Numbered from the stretch's first letter, positions 12,979-21,925 are shown. The stretch is 64,000 nucleotides of DNA from Paramoeba atlantica (GCA_977017575.1 CDRNVI010000023.1:186001-250000), one strand, 5' to 3'. The notes: generated from the sequence alone by a model not told the origin. Numbers and translations are program-made.

Positions 12979-13194
12979 TATTCCTCTTTATTTGTTTTTT
13001 GTTTTTGTTCACGTTTTTTCAATAATCGAAGGTAGACCGGTAGTTAGACAATAACTACAATAATCGCAGTTGCTAATTAGATTACAGCAGATAAAACGGC
13101 CTACTGATAGAATACTTCACTAAAAAAATATAGTTTCCGTTTGTTTAAATCTCGACAGCACTTCTACGTATGACAGGGGTTTATAGTCAGGCTC

Positions 13195-14145
13195 ATGATT
13201 GATGAATCCTCTTCCGCGGAGCACAGTCAAAGCAGTTCCGTTTCATTTGATTCAGCTCCGGAGGTTCATGAAAACGATACGCTTTCCACAACGCGTCGTG
13301 CGGAGCCGAATTTTCTCTCTTCCCCCCATGCAGCCCCGTCAGTCCCCATTATTCTCGACGAAGAACTACAAACCATTCAAAGTTCAACCCATAATATCGA
13401 GACCTCCTTATTCGGCACTAAAAGCGATGTACAGCCTCAGACCCCACCAGCTGACACAACAAACGCACCCTCATCCCTCTTCTCTCCCTTTCCCCTCTCT
13501 GTTTCCGTCCCCTACATGTCGCAAGCCCTCCCTCCCGGGTACGCCTTGTCTCGGGAGGCTCGTGTGGGGATACACAAGATTGCGCAACTGTTTCTTATGA
13601 TGCTCACCTCTACGGCCTCGGAGGCGGTCGTCGACCCGCGGCTCCTGATGACACAGTCCGAGCTCGAAAACCTACCCGAGGATCACTACTTGCCCTCCCG
13701 CCATGTCTTGCAGCGACAAGACATCGAGGCCGCGTTGAAAGCGACTGGATTTGCGGACTGGGTGCCACTGATTCGGTCTAGGCTTTCTGGAGCATCCAGC
13801 CCAAAGGTAAGCACGAAGAGGACAAGCAGTGTTGTATCGGCAAATAAAACGAATCCTCCTGGTTCAGTTGGGTCAACCACTGGAAACGTGAAATCGGTAA
13901 TCACGAAAAAACGCCCACTCTCGGCGTATTTTGTGTTTACCGGCGAAGCACGTCCTTTGCTGATGAAAGAGCATCCAGGATGGAAAGTCTCACAGATCGC
14001 GAAGGAGTTAGGAGCGCGGTGGAGAGCCATGACAGAGGAAGAGAAATTCCCGTACGTGAAAAAAGCCCAGGAACTGCGCGAACAATGTCGAGAAGAGGGT
14101 CAGACTGGTAGCGACGAGGCGAAATCACAAATACAAATTGATTAA
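13195..14145 (+). CDS. Dpb4/POLE3(CHRAC17)-like histone-fold protein fused to a C-terminal HMG box
   Basis: ALPPGYALSREARVGIHKIAQLFLMMLT...LQRQDIEAALKATGF is an NF-YB-type histone fold; KRPLSAYFVF...VSQIAKELGARWRAMTEEEKFPY is an HMG box. The gene is intronless. Confidence 0.85.
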   Translation: MIDESSSAEHSQSSSVSFDSAPEVHENDTLSTTRRAEPNFLSSPHAAPSVPIILDEELQTIQSSTHNIETSLFGTKSDVQPQTPPADTTNAPSSLFSPFPLSVSVPYMSQALPPGYALSREARVGIHKIAQLFLMMLTSTASEAVVDPRLLMTQSELENLPEDHYLPSRHVLQRQDIEAALKATGFADWVPLIRSRLSGASSPKVSTKRTSSVVSANKTNPPGSVGSTTGNVKSVITKKRPLSAYFVFTGEARPLLMKEHPGWKVSQIAKELGARWRAMTEEEKFPYVKKAQELREQCREEGQTGSDEAKSQIQID

Positions 14146-14301
14146 ATGAAAAAGAAATAAGAACACATGTTTACAATGTTACATGTTGCAAGAAAAATGT
14201 TTCTTTGTCACGAATATACCACATGGTTCCACATTACGCTACCTGCTTACCTACCATGGATTTTTTCCATAAATAATCATCAATTCATACGTACTATTCT
14301 C

Positions 14302-14677
14302 ATGGATACTTCTCGTCCTGCACGAATCAATACTTATAATCTTCCTCCCTAGCTCGTCTTTTCCCGTGCAGTTGAGAATGTTACTCAACCTCATTCATCG
14401 TGGAACTCCGAGACACCTCTTTGTCGGTGGCACGGAATTTGGTGCAATGAGCAAAAAAACGTTGGTCCCGTAGACTGGAGTTCGTATCACCATGGTGGTT
14501 TCTTGAATTATAGATTCCTTCCGAATACTGTAATGGTTATTATGGGCCGGTTCTGTCGCATGCACGGGGAAGTCGATTTTGGTGATTTTCCGATCCACCT
14601 CTGTCGACTTCTTCTGTGGACTAGAGAATGGAACTGTAGACCTCGGCGCGCTTCCGCGAGAATTGAGAACTTTGAAT
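14302..14677 (+). pseudogene. LRR family pseudogene, 5' part (split by retroelement cluster)
   Basis: SSWNSETPLCRWHGIWCN...GTVDLGALPRELRTLN; in-frame TAG at 14350-14352 and a frameshift near 14625. Confidence 0.85.
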
Positions 14678-15246
14678 AAAGATACAGTTTCTGTACCTTG
14701 TACATTTTGCTAGCCCTTCCTTTCTTTTCCCGGAAACGGGCAAACATTTTCCTTTTAAATGCCCGTTTCCGGCTGACGGCTAGCAGGGACTGTCCCTCTT
14801 TGTCGTGGAAGTAGGGGACGTACTTCCGACTTTTCACCCCTCCCCGGCTCACTCCTTGAGTGAGTTTTCTTCCCTCCCCGGCTTTCTTCTTCTCGCGCCT
14901 GTCTCTTCCCGGGAGCTATGCGCCATGGTGGCCTCCCTTGAGGACCTCCGGGCGTGACTCTGCCTTGCATTATCGCGAGGCAGCGGTCGGTTGCAGTGCG
15001 CCCCTCCGGCTGCGTAAAGAGATGGTGAGTTGCCTGGACCACCTCTACCGACTGGGACCGAGTCGGTTGCAGTACGCCCCTCCGGCTGCGTAAAGAGAGG
15101 GCGAGTTGCCTGGACCCCCTCTACCGACCGAGTCCGTGTCGAACCCCCTTTGGCGACATCCGTTGTGGGCGGATTATGTGCCGATGATATCGGCCGTCGC
15201 AGTAAGGGGATTATCTCTGCGCCAAAGAGCGCATGATAAACAAACA
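14678..15246 (+). mobile_element. SL-headed non-coding SINE-like element, copy A
   Basis: Starts AAAGATACAGTTTCTGTACCTTG; colinear with 33058-33632, shares head and tail with 19866-20489, and has several hairpins and a 76-nt tandem duplication. Confidence 0.8.
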
Positions 15247-15260
15247 GAGAACTTTGAATA

Positions 15261-15285
15261 AAGATACAGTTTCTGTACCTTGTTG
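15261..15285 (+). other. Spliced-leader exon-like remnant at the 5' end of the autonomous retroelement
   Basis: AAGATACAGTTTCTGTACCTTGTTG shares the core GATACAGTTTCTGTAC and terminal TTG with kinetoplastid mini-exons; it is not followed by GT. Confidence 0.75.
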
Positions 15286-15330
15286 AATTATTTTAATTTT
15301 TCTACTTGGTACTAACTGTATGAAACCTCC

Positions 15331-16491
15331 ATGACAACCAGAACCGCCACACAGGAGGAAAATGCAACACCAGGCCTTCCTCAAGGACCCGGCGTTGCGC
15401 GGAAACAGTCTGTGCATTTCATCCAGAGCCGGGCACGACCCGTCAAAATACGCACGATGGATAGTATGCTTTGGAACTACTACCCCGACATAAAGTCCGC
15501 TTGTCTTAGTCACCTCGTGAGACAACGCATCGCTTCACAACAAGGTGCTGAAGCTGCACTTAGTAAGGCCCTCAACGGCAAGGGAACACCACATGATTTG
15601 GTAATAGAGGCAGCTACACTCGAGGAACTAATACATCACCATGCCTGCGACTACATTGAAATTAGCAGAAACTCGCACCCATCGGAAAAGTACTACCACG
15701 CCAGCTGGACTTCCCTATTCAATGACCCCCACCTTAGCATCAGCGACTCGTACTCCAGCCCGAACGCCCTAGGCAAAGCAGTCCTGAAGTCCGTGAGCGG
15801 GGCTAAAGTACCGGGGCTTGAAAAGTTTACCATCAAAATTACCCGAAACACAAACTCCAACACCGAAATTACACCATACCAACCGGCACAAAGAGTAGAG
15901 GGCACACCTTTCAAAATTGCGAAGCCACGTTCTACGAAACCCAACGAACCACAGACCGTGGAACCTCTCAAAGGACCCTGCAGACACAAATGCTCTAGCA
16001 AGCTAACGTGCCTGCACAAGTGTTGCAAAATATTTGGACCTACCCACAATCTAGAACCTGCAAGCACCTCTACCCTTGACACAACGAATTTGAACTCGAC
16101 CACCGGCAGAACGCTAAAATGGGACTTGAGAAGCTCGACTCGCGAACTTGGTCACTCCCCGAAGGCCACAGACATGCCCACTAGAAGTCGGCGAAACCCG
16201 CAGTCAAGAGCAGAGAAAGCGGCAACATCACAGTACAAAGGCCCAGTGAACGACCTGCCCACCCCGAATCCAGTGCCTGACATGATGACGATACAACCTT
16301 TCTGGAAAAGGTCGGAGTGCTGGCAGGATGGGCAACTAGTAGGGTCTCTGAACTCTGTGAAGCTTTCGCAACTGGTAGAAAAGCAGGGGCCCCTGTCAAC
16401 GAGGCAGTACAGAAAAACGAGAGATCGATGCAGTCAGGATACGACCCCACACAGGACCCCGATCGTGACTGGAAGTACCGCAGTACTATGA
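15331..16491 (+). CDS. Retroelement ORF1, Cys/His-finger protein
   Basis: 386 aa starting 45 nt after the SL remnant; contains GPCRHKCSSKLTCLHKCCKIFGP. Confidence 0.65.
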   Translation: MTTRTATQEENATPGLPQGPGVARKQSVHFIQSRARPVKIRTMDSMLWNYYPDIKSACLSHLVRQRIASQQGAEAALSKALNGKGTPHDLVIEAATLEELIHHHACDYIEISRNSHPSEKYYHASWTSLFNDPHLSISDSYSSPNALGKAVLKSVSGAKVPGLEKFTIKITRNTNSNTEITPYQPAQRVEGTPFKIAKPRSTKPNEPQTVEPLKGPCRHKCSSKLTCLHKCCKIFGPTHNLEPASTSTLDTTNLNSTTGRTLKWDLRSSTRELGHSPKATDMPTRSRRNPQSRAEKAATSQYKGPVNDLPTPNPVPDMMTIQPFWKRSECWQDGQLVGSLNSVKLSQLVEKQGPLSTRQYRKTRDRCSQDTTPHRTPIVTGSTAVL

Positions 16492-19400
16492 AGCACTACG
16501 AAGCAAAGCACATATCTAGGAAGAATGACGTCAAAGAAGCCCCCAAAAGCGCGAGTTTACAGCCAGATCAAAGCACGAATCACGCAGCGCGACCCAGTAC
16601 GACTTGTGTTACATTTGGGTACCCAGTCGCGGGGGGAAAAGGACCCTGCAAGCACACATGCCGAGAAAAGCTCTCATGCGCCCACCGATGCTGCAAGATA
16701 TACGGGCCTCTCTCTCAACTGCAATCTTCCACGCATGCAAGAAATACCACGAATATCTCCGGAGAAGCAACGAATCATTTCCCGGCACCGAACCGCGACG
16801 ATCCCTTACACAAGAAAAGGCATGAACTACTTCAACAACACAACGACATTCAAGGTGGGAAACTCTGCGTCAAACTAAACGATGATCAATGGCGTTCAGT
16901 AGAAAAGCGAGCCCTAGGGAGATGCAAGGAGCTCCTACACAAAGACACCACAAACGCGTTCCTAGCAAAGGAGAACGGTGCTATACTCGCCGCGTCTATC
17001 GCTGTATCAACCTTTGAGGTGAGTCAAGAGGTGAATCCCACCAAAGGGTTCGTTCTTCGCACAAAACAAGGACACTCCAAATTTAAATACAGACCTTTAG
17101 CCATAGAAAAAGTGAACCGAGAACTATCCAAGCATATACAACGACTGAAACGATCCCTTAGATTCACCCATGGCACGGAAGCCCGAAATACCTTACGCCG
17201 CCAAATCAAAGAAAACAAGAAGCTAGAAAGAATCTACGCAGACGAGGCCGACGTGCAACGCCGAGCGTTAGAAGGTAGATGGGCGCATGAACGTTTCTCA
17301 AGAAACCCATGGACTGCGGCTGCTGAAGCCATGGACAGACCCAGTGAGGATGAAGTCACAAACACACAATACCCAAGCTGTACAATGCTCGAAATAGAGG
17401 AACATTTCAGTCAAACCCTAACGAAAGAGCGCGACACTCTCCGGCTCCCTAACTTCGATATACTAGGCCCTAGAGCCACCAACGAAATGACGTGGATACC
17501 AGTAACAGCCGAAACAATCGCCAATGCCATCTCAAGCAAACGGGGCTCTAGCTCACCAGGGCAAGATACAATCACAAACGCAGCGCTAAAACGATGCCCA
17601 GCACTATACAGCTCCCTGGCCAAAATGTTTAATGACTTAATAAAATTCGGGACATGCCCCACGTCGTGGTCTCTAGCGATCACGCGTCTTATCCACAAAG
17701 GTGGAGACCCTAAAATACCTAGGAACTGGCGGCCCATAGCACTCACAAGCTGTCTGGGAAAACTTCTTCACAGCATCATAGGACACCAACTCCTGGACCA
17801 TGCTGTAAGCTCAGGAGTCATTGACACGACTATCCAAAAGGGGTTTCTACCACGGATGAATGGAACTCTGGAACACACCCAAACACTGTGTAACCTCCTG
17901 CAACATCATCAGCGCAAGAAGAATCAGTACTGTCTGGCCCAGATCGACCTCAGAAACGCATTCGGTTCGCTTTCCCACGACATCATATTCGAAGCTCTCA
18001 CCTGGGCGCGCGTGTCACCCGAAATCATTGAATACATCAAAGGCATGTATCTCTCAGCCACTACGAGATTCAAATGCGACCAAGGACTAACCAAGGAAAT
18101 CGCAGTGCAACGTGGCGTACTACAAGGTGATACTCTATCCCCAGTGCTCTTCAATATTGCGATGGAGATCGTCCTCCGCTACATGCGTCGCACATGCCCG
18201 TACTATGGCATATCCTACCCCGATACACCAAAGCACTTCCTAAAGGCTTATGTTGATGACCTTACGATAATTACGTCAAGTGATTTCGACATGAACAATG
18301 CAATACAATCACTCTCTATCGTCCTTAGACGCATTGGATTGTCTATCAACGTCGAAAAAAGTAGGGTACAATGTATGGCCATGCGAGCGGGAACGGAACA
18401 TCCAGGATATATGACGAGGCGGCCAAAGATTGAATGTGACGGAGATCCGATTCCCCACATTTGCGACAGAGGTAGTGCCTTCCTGGGAATGACACTGGCC
18501 CCTGGAGCACAACAAGCCAGAGAGCTATATAAAAAGTTGAACGCGAAACTTAAGACTTGGTTACAAAATGTGCACCGAAGCGCACATACGCTACCTGAAA
18601 AACTATGGATCTACCAAAATGTCATGCTCGCTCGCCTACGATATGCTTTCACGGTCCATCCATGCATAACGTTCAACTTTATACTTCGACTCCAGAAGAC
18701 GGCAACCTCCTACATTAGGAAATGGATCAACATGGCCTCTAAAGGTAGCACAGAAGTCCTGTACTCAGATCGCGGTTGGGGCCTAACAGCACTCTCTAAG
18801 CTTTGGTTCGAATGCACTGCCACCGCGATGACTCAAATGAATAAATCCAGAGACATCAATGTCCAAGCAGCGCTACGTTCCCGCATTGAAGAGGAGCAAA
18901 ACAGGCGAGCTAGAGGGCAACTACGACCAGCATGCGAAATCCTCCAACATCTAAACGACGCAAAACGCGCCAAACAAATCATGCGGGAATATTACGAAGC
19001 GAAAATTGTACAAGACCTTCAGAAACGAGCACCGGTCGCAGCCCAATGGTGGACAACACCTTCCGAAACTGAACTTGCGAAGGAGTTTTCCGCCGTACTG
19101 AACAACCTGAACAGCGCGAAGCTAACACGTTTTGCGACCTCGGTTCTACTTACCACTCCTTTACCCTCAAAGTCAAACCTTCGGACATGGGGCCTTCACT
19201 TCTCAAATGCGACATGTGTGGTATGCGGAAAAGAAGCACAGACGGTACGACACGTTATTTCAGGTTGCAAAACATCTCTTGATCAGGGGCGTTATACCCT
19301 CAGACACGACACAGTGCTAGCTGAACTGGCCAAACGCATCCAAGAATCCCCGCATACAAAATACCAGCATTTTGACCTACTAGGTCACCGAAATCCACCA

Positions 19401-19784
19401 CACTGGCTGCACAACAATACAAATCATCAACGCCCAGACGGATTCGTTGCACTGACTGACGGTACAGAATTCATCGTTGAGCTCACTGTCCCCTGGGAAG
19501 AAAACTGTATGCAGGCAAATGAATATAAACGCCTCAAGTACAACGCCCTATTACACGAACGACGAACAGTGCACCCGAACACGTACCTCCTCGTATTCGA
19601 AATTGGAGCACGAGGTGGTCTGGTAGCCTCCTCAGCGGATATTAATCGGTTGTTTGGAGGGGACGAAGATTTGGGGGCTAAATGTCGGGCGTCACTCTCC
19701 CGAGCTGCTATCCGTTCCAGCTTCTTATTATGGCATAAGCGTGATTCCCCGCAATGGAGCGATGCAGAGACACTGTCCGCATAA
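16317..19784 (+). CDS. Retroelement ORF2: RT + CCHC + RLE (first ATG 16428)
   Basis: WRPIALTSC, QKGF, IDLRNAFGS, GVLQGDTLSP, AYVDD; CVVCG...HVISGC; GRYTLRHDTVL, RPDG, IVELTVPWEE, KRLKY. Confidence 0.97.
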   Translation: MLAGWATSRVSELCEAFATGRKAGAPVNEAVQKNERSMQSGYDPTQDPDRDWKYRSTMKHYEAKHISRKNDVKEAPKSASLQPDQSTNHAARPSTTCVTFGYPVAGGKGPCKHTCREKLSCAHRCCKIYGPLSQLQSSTHARNTTNISGEATNHFPAPNRDDPLHKKRHELLQQHNDIQGGKLCVKLNDDQWRSVEKRALGRCKELLHKDTTNAFLAKENGAILAASIAVSTFEVSQEVNPTKGFVLRTKQGHSKFKYRPLAIEKVNRELSKHIQRLKRSLRFTHGTEARNTLRRQIKENKKLERIYADEADVQRRALEGRWAHERFSRNPWTAAAEAMDRPSEDEVTNTQYPSCTMLEIEEHFSQTLTKERDTLRLPNFDILGPRATNEMTWIPVTAETIANAISSKRGSSSPGQDTITNAALKRCPALYSSLAKMFNDLIKFGTCPTSWSLAITRLIHKGGDPKIPRNWRPIALTSCLGKLLHSIIGHQLLDHAVSSGVIDTTIQKGFLPRMNGTLEHTQTLCNLLQHHQRKKNQYCLAQIDLRNAFGSLSHDIIFEALTWARVSPEIIEYIKGMYLSATTRFKCDQGLTKEIAVQRGVLQGDTLSPVLFNIAMEIVLRYMRRTCPYYGISYPDTPKHFLKAYVDDLTIITSSDFDMNNAIQSLSIVLRRIGLSINVEKSRVQCMAMRAGTEHPGYMTRRPKIECDGDPIPHICDRGSAFLGMTLAPGAQQARELYKKLNAKLKTWLQNVHRSAHTLPEKLWIYQNVMLARLRYAFTVHPCITFNFILRLQKTATSYIRKWINMASKGSTEVLYSDRGWGLTALSKLWFECTATAMTQMNKSRDINVQAALRSRIEEEQNRRARGQLRPACEILQHLNDAKRAKQIMREYYEAKIVQDLQKRAPVAAQWWTTPSETELAKEFSAVLNNLNSAKLTRFATSVLLTTPLPSKSNLRTWGLHFSNATCVVCGKEAQTVRHVISGCKTSLDQGRYTLRHDTVLAELAKRIQESPHTKYQHFDLLGHRNPPHWLHNNTNHQRPDGFVALTDGTEFIVELTVPWEENCMQANEYKRLKYNALLHERRTVHPNTYLLVFEIGARGGLVASSADINRLFGGDEDLGAKCRASLSRAAIRSSFLLWHKRDSPQWSDAETLSA

Positions 19785-19865
19785 GGGATGCACCTAACAG
19801 CGTCATATGCGCAAGTTAGTTACATCCTCAAAATACTCTATCTTAAAAGATATGATATCATCATC

Positions 19866-20489
19866 AAGATACAGTTTCTGTACCTTGTTGGTACTTTTTG
19901 CTAGCCCTTCCTTTCTTTTCCCGGAAACGGGCATATTCTTACTTTTAAATGCCCGTTTCCGGCTGACGGCTAGCTGGAACTGTCCCTCTTTGTCGCGGAA
20001 GTAGGGGACGCACTTCGCACTCTTCACCCCTCCCCGGCTCGCTCTCTTCGAGTGAGCTTTCTTCCCTCCCCGGCTCTCTACTTCTCGTGCTTTCTTCTCC
20101 CGGGAGCTATGCGCCATGGTGGCCTCCCTTGAGGACCACTGGGCGTGCTACAGCGGGAGGACACGTTGTATGCGTGTATAGGGGATGCGAACTTGCACCC
20201 CTCTCTCCCTACATGCTGTAGCGAGTGCGGCGGTAACGGACCTCCCCATGATGCATCATGATCCACGATAGACCATCTGACAGCATGAACCCACGGCTTG
20301 ACCGTGTTGCAGCATGAACCATGGCTATACGTGCTGTAGCATGACCGATGGGCGACTCGTCTCCTACCTCGCACTCCACTCTCTGTGTGACACCCGTCGT
20401 ATGCGGGTCATGCGCCGATGGTATCGGCCGTCACACAGAGAGACGTATCTCTGCGCCACGAGCGTATGATATCATATATCATATCATAT
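19866..20489 (+). mobile_element. SL-headed SINE-like element, copy B (different middle module)
   Basis: AAGATACAGTTTCTGTACCTTGTTG|GTAC head; colinear with copy A to ~20145; middle has CAGCATGA repeats; shared tail then a (TGATATCA/TATATCA)-like microsatellite. Confidence 0.8.
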
Positions 20490-20606
20490 ATTTCTGAAAA
20501 TGAATTTACTGGAGAACTTTCATTGAGCGGTCGACCTGTAGCAATTACAGGTGGGGGAGGACAGTATCCATCCAATCTCTGCTTCAGTGGCAAGAGAGTC
20601 GCTTGA
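20490..20606 (+). pseudogene. LRR pseudogene, 3' part
   Basis: ISENEFTGELSL continues LPRELRTLN from 14677 in LRR register. Confidence 0.7.
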
Positions 20607-20689
20607 CTTTCATAAGGCTCCGCAAAATAACACGCAAAGAAAACATGCAGACGTGAAAACACGTGTCTACGTACAACATACCCCCCCCT

Positions 20690-20843
20690 TAAGCGCACCC
20701 GGTCAGACCCCCCCGTTTAGGCGCACATAAAGTTGAGGTGGAGTCTCCGGCGTCAAATTTTTTTTTATGTACTGATTCAGACCCCCCGTTAAAGCGCACT
20801 TTTCACGGAAAACGAGGTGCGCTTAACCGGGGGGGGGGGACAG
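20690..20843. mobile_element. Short transposon-end remnant (...GCGCTTAACCGGGGGGGGGGACAG-TA)
   Basis: The end resembles the inverse of 9332-9360; internal TGATTCAGACCCCCC...GCGCAC recurs near 30360 and 51860. Confidence 0.45.
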
Positions 20844-21439
20844 TATTTTATTCAGTTCACATTGTTCTTCTCTTGTGCTTAATTTTTTTGTAGGTTCATG
20901 TTACACAAATAACAGTCATTTAGATGGAGGCACAGGAGTAGGAAAGCTACTCAAACGATAAAGATACCGTTTCTGTAAAAAGGTTCGAATGTTGGACACA
21001 ACCCCGTAATGGGGATGTAAGTTCGTAACCTCGTCCTGGTCCTAACAACATTCATACAAAAGCTGTTTTCGTGTGTGGGGTGACGATGCTAGTTATAAAT
21101 TATATTCTTAATTCTGTATTTATTTTCCTATACTGCGACACCTATTTTATGTGTCTGGAGGCAAGGCCCAACTGTGAGCGAAGCCCACGTCTGCGAGCAA
21201 GGCCCAATTGTGAGCGGTAGCCCTGGGACAGAATTATATTTTTTGGCGACCCGCGCGCTCCACCGGCAATTTCAGAAAAACTATTCTGAAAATTTGGGAC
21301 CTCATCTACCATTCTACGACGTTTTTTACGTCAGATCTTCCTCCTACCCCTACTGGTAACTCCAAACACTCTTTTCTTCCCCTTCCACCTTTCTTTTTAT
21401 TCTTCTTGTCCCACCCACCCCCCCTACCCCCCCCTCCAC

Positions 21440-21925
21440 ATGAACGAATTCTACGCCCGCCGCCACGCCCTCCACGCCCTCCACTACGCCACCCAGCGTC
21501 TCCAGCCCCTCCTCTGGCGCACCGCCCGCGCCACCCGGGAGTCCCCCGACCTCCGCCTGCTCCTCTCCGAGCTCGCGCGGGTCACCGCGGCCCGCACCCC
21601 CGCCCTCCCGCTCCTCCCCCCCGGCCTCCACGACACGCTCGCCCCCCCGGTGCTCGCGGCGCTCCTGGACCACGGCGCGGCGCGGGTCAGTGCGCGCGGG
21701 GCCCACGCCCGGGCCGGCAGCCTGCTGTCCCAGCGCGTCGTGGACATGGGGTCGTTCCGGGAGAGCCTGCCGGGGGTGCGGGCCGCGGTGAGCGCGCAGG
21801 GGCTGATGGTGGAGGAGGTGGCGGCGGTGGAGGGGACGATGGTGAGGGACCCGGCGGGAGGAGCGGGGAGGGGGGAGGGGGGGGGGGAAAGGGGAGGGGA
21901 AGAGGAGGGGGGAGGAGAGGGGTAG
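21440..21925 (+). CDS. Orphan 161-aa protein in an extremely GC-rich island
   Basis: ATG follows a long pyrimidine tract (21362-21439); third codon positions are strongly G/C; a purine run follows. Confidence 0.5.
   Translation: MNEFYARRHALHALHYATQRLQPLLWRTARATRESPDLRLLLSELARVTAARTPALPLLPPGLHDTLAPPVLAALLDHGAARVSARGAHARAGSLLSQRVVDMGSFRESLPGVRAAVSAQGLMVEEVAAVEGTMVRDPAGGAGRGEGGGERGGEEEGGGEG

Larger units (their letters stand above)
15261..19850 (+). mobile_element. Near-complete non-LTR retrotransposon with restriction-like endonuclease (R2/NeSL/HERO-type; motifs most HERO-like)
   Basis: Two overlapping ORFs encoding RT, a CCHC knuckle and RLE; the 3' boundary is approximate. Confidence 0.9.

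Noticed and set aside
14770-14800. Hammerhead ribozyme core (CTGACGG...GAAC) in the SINE head
   Set aside because: CUGANGA and GAAA are not both intact in any copy, and copy C lacks CTGA.
15247-15285. Full 39-nt SL exon GAGAACTTTGAATAAAGATACAG...TTG
   Set aside because: The length match is coincidental: the first 13 nt encode LRTLN of the interrupted LRR gene and are absent before copies B and C.
19866-20145. Intact SL RNA gene
   Set aside because: The 5' part of the exon differs among copies, there is no tandem array, no clear Sm site or T-tract terminator, and the downstream sequence is a long mobile repeat.
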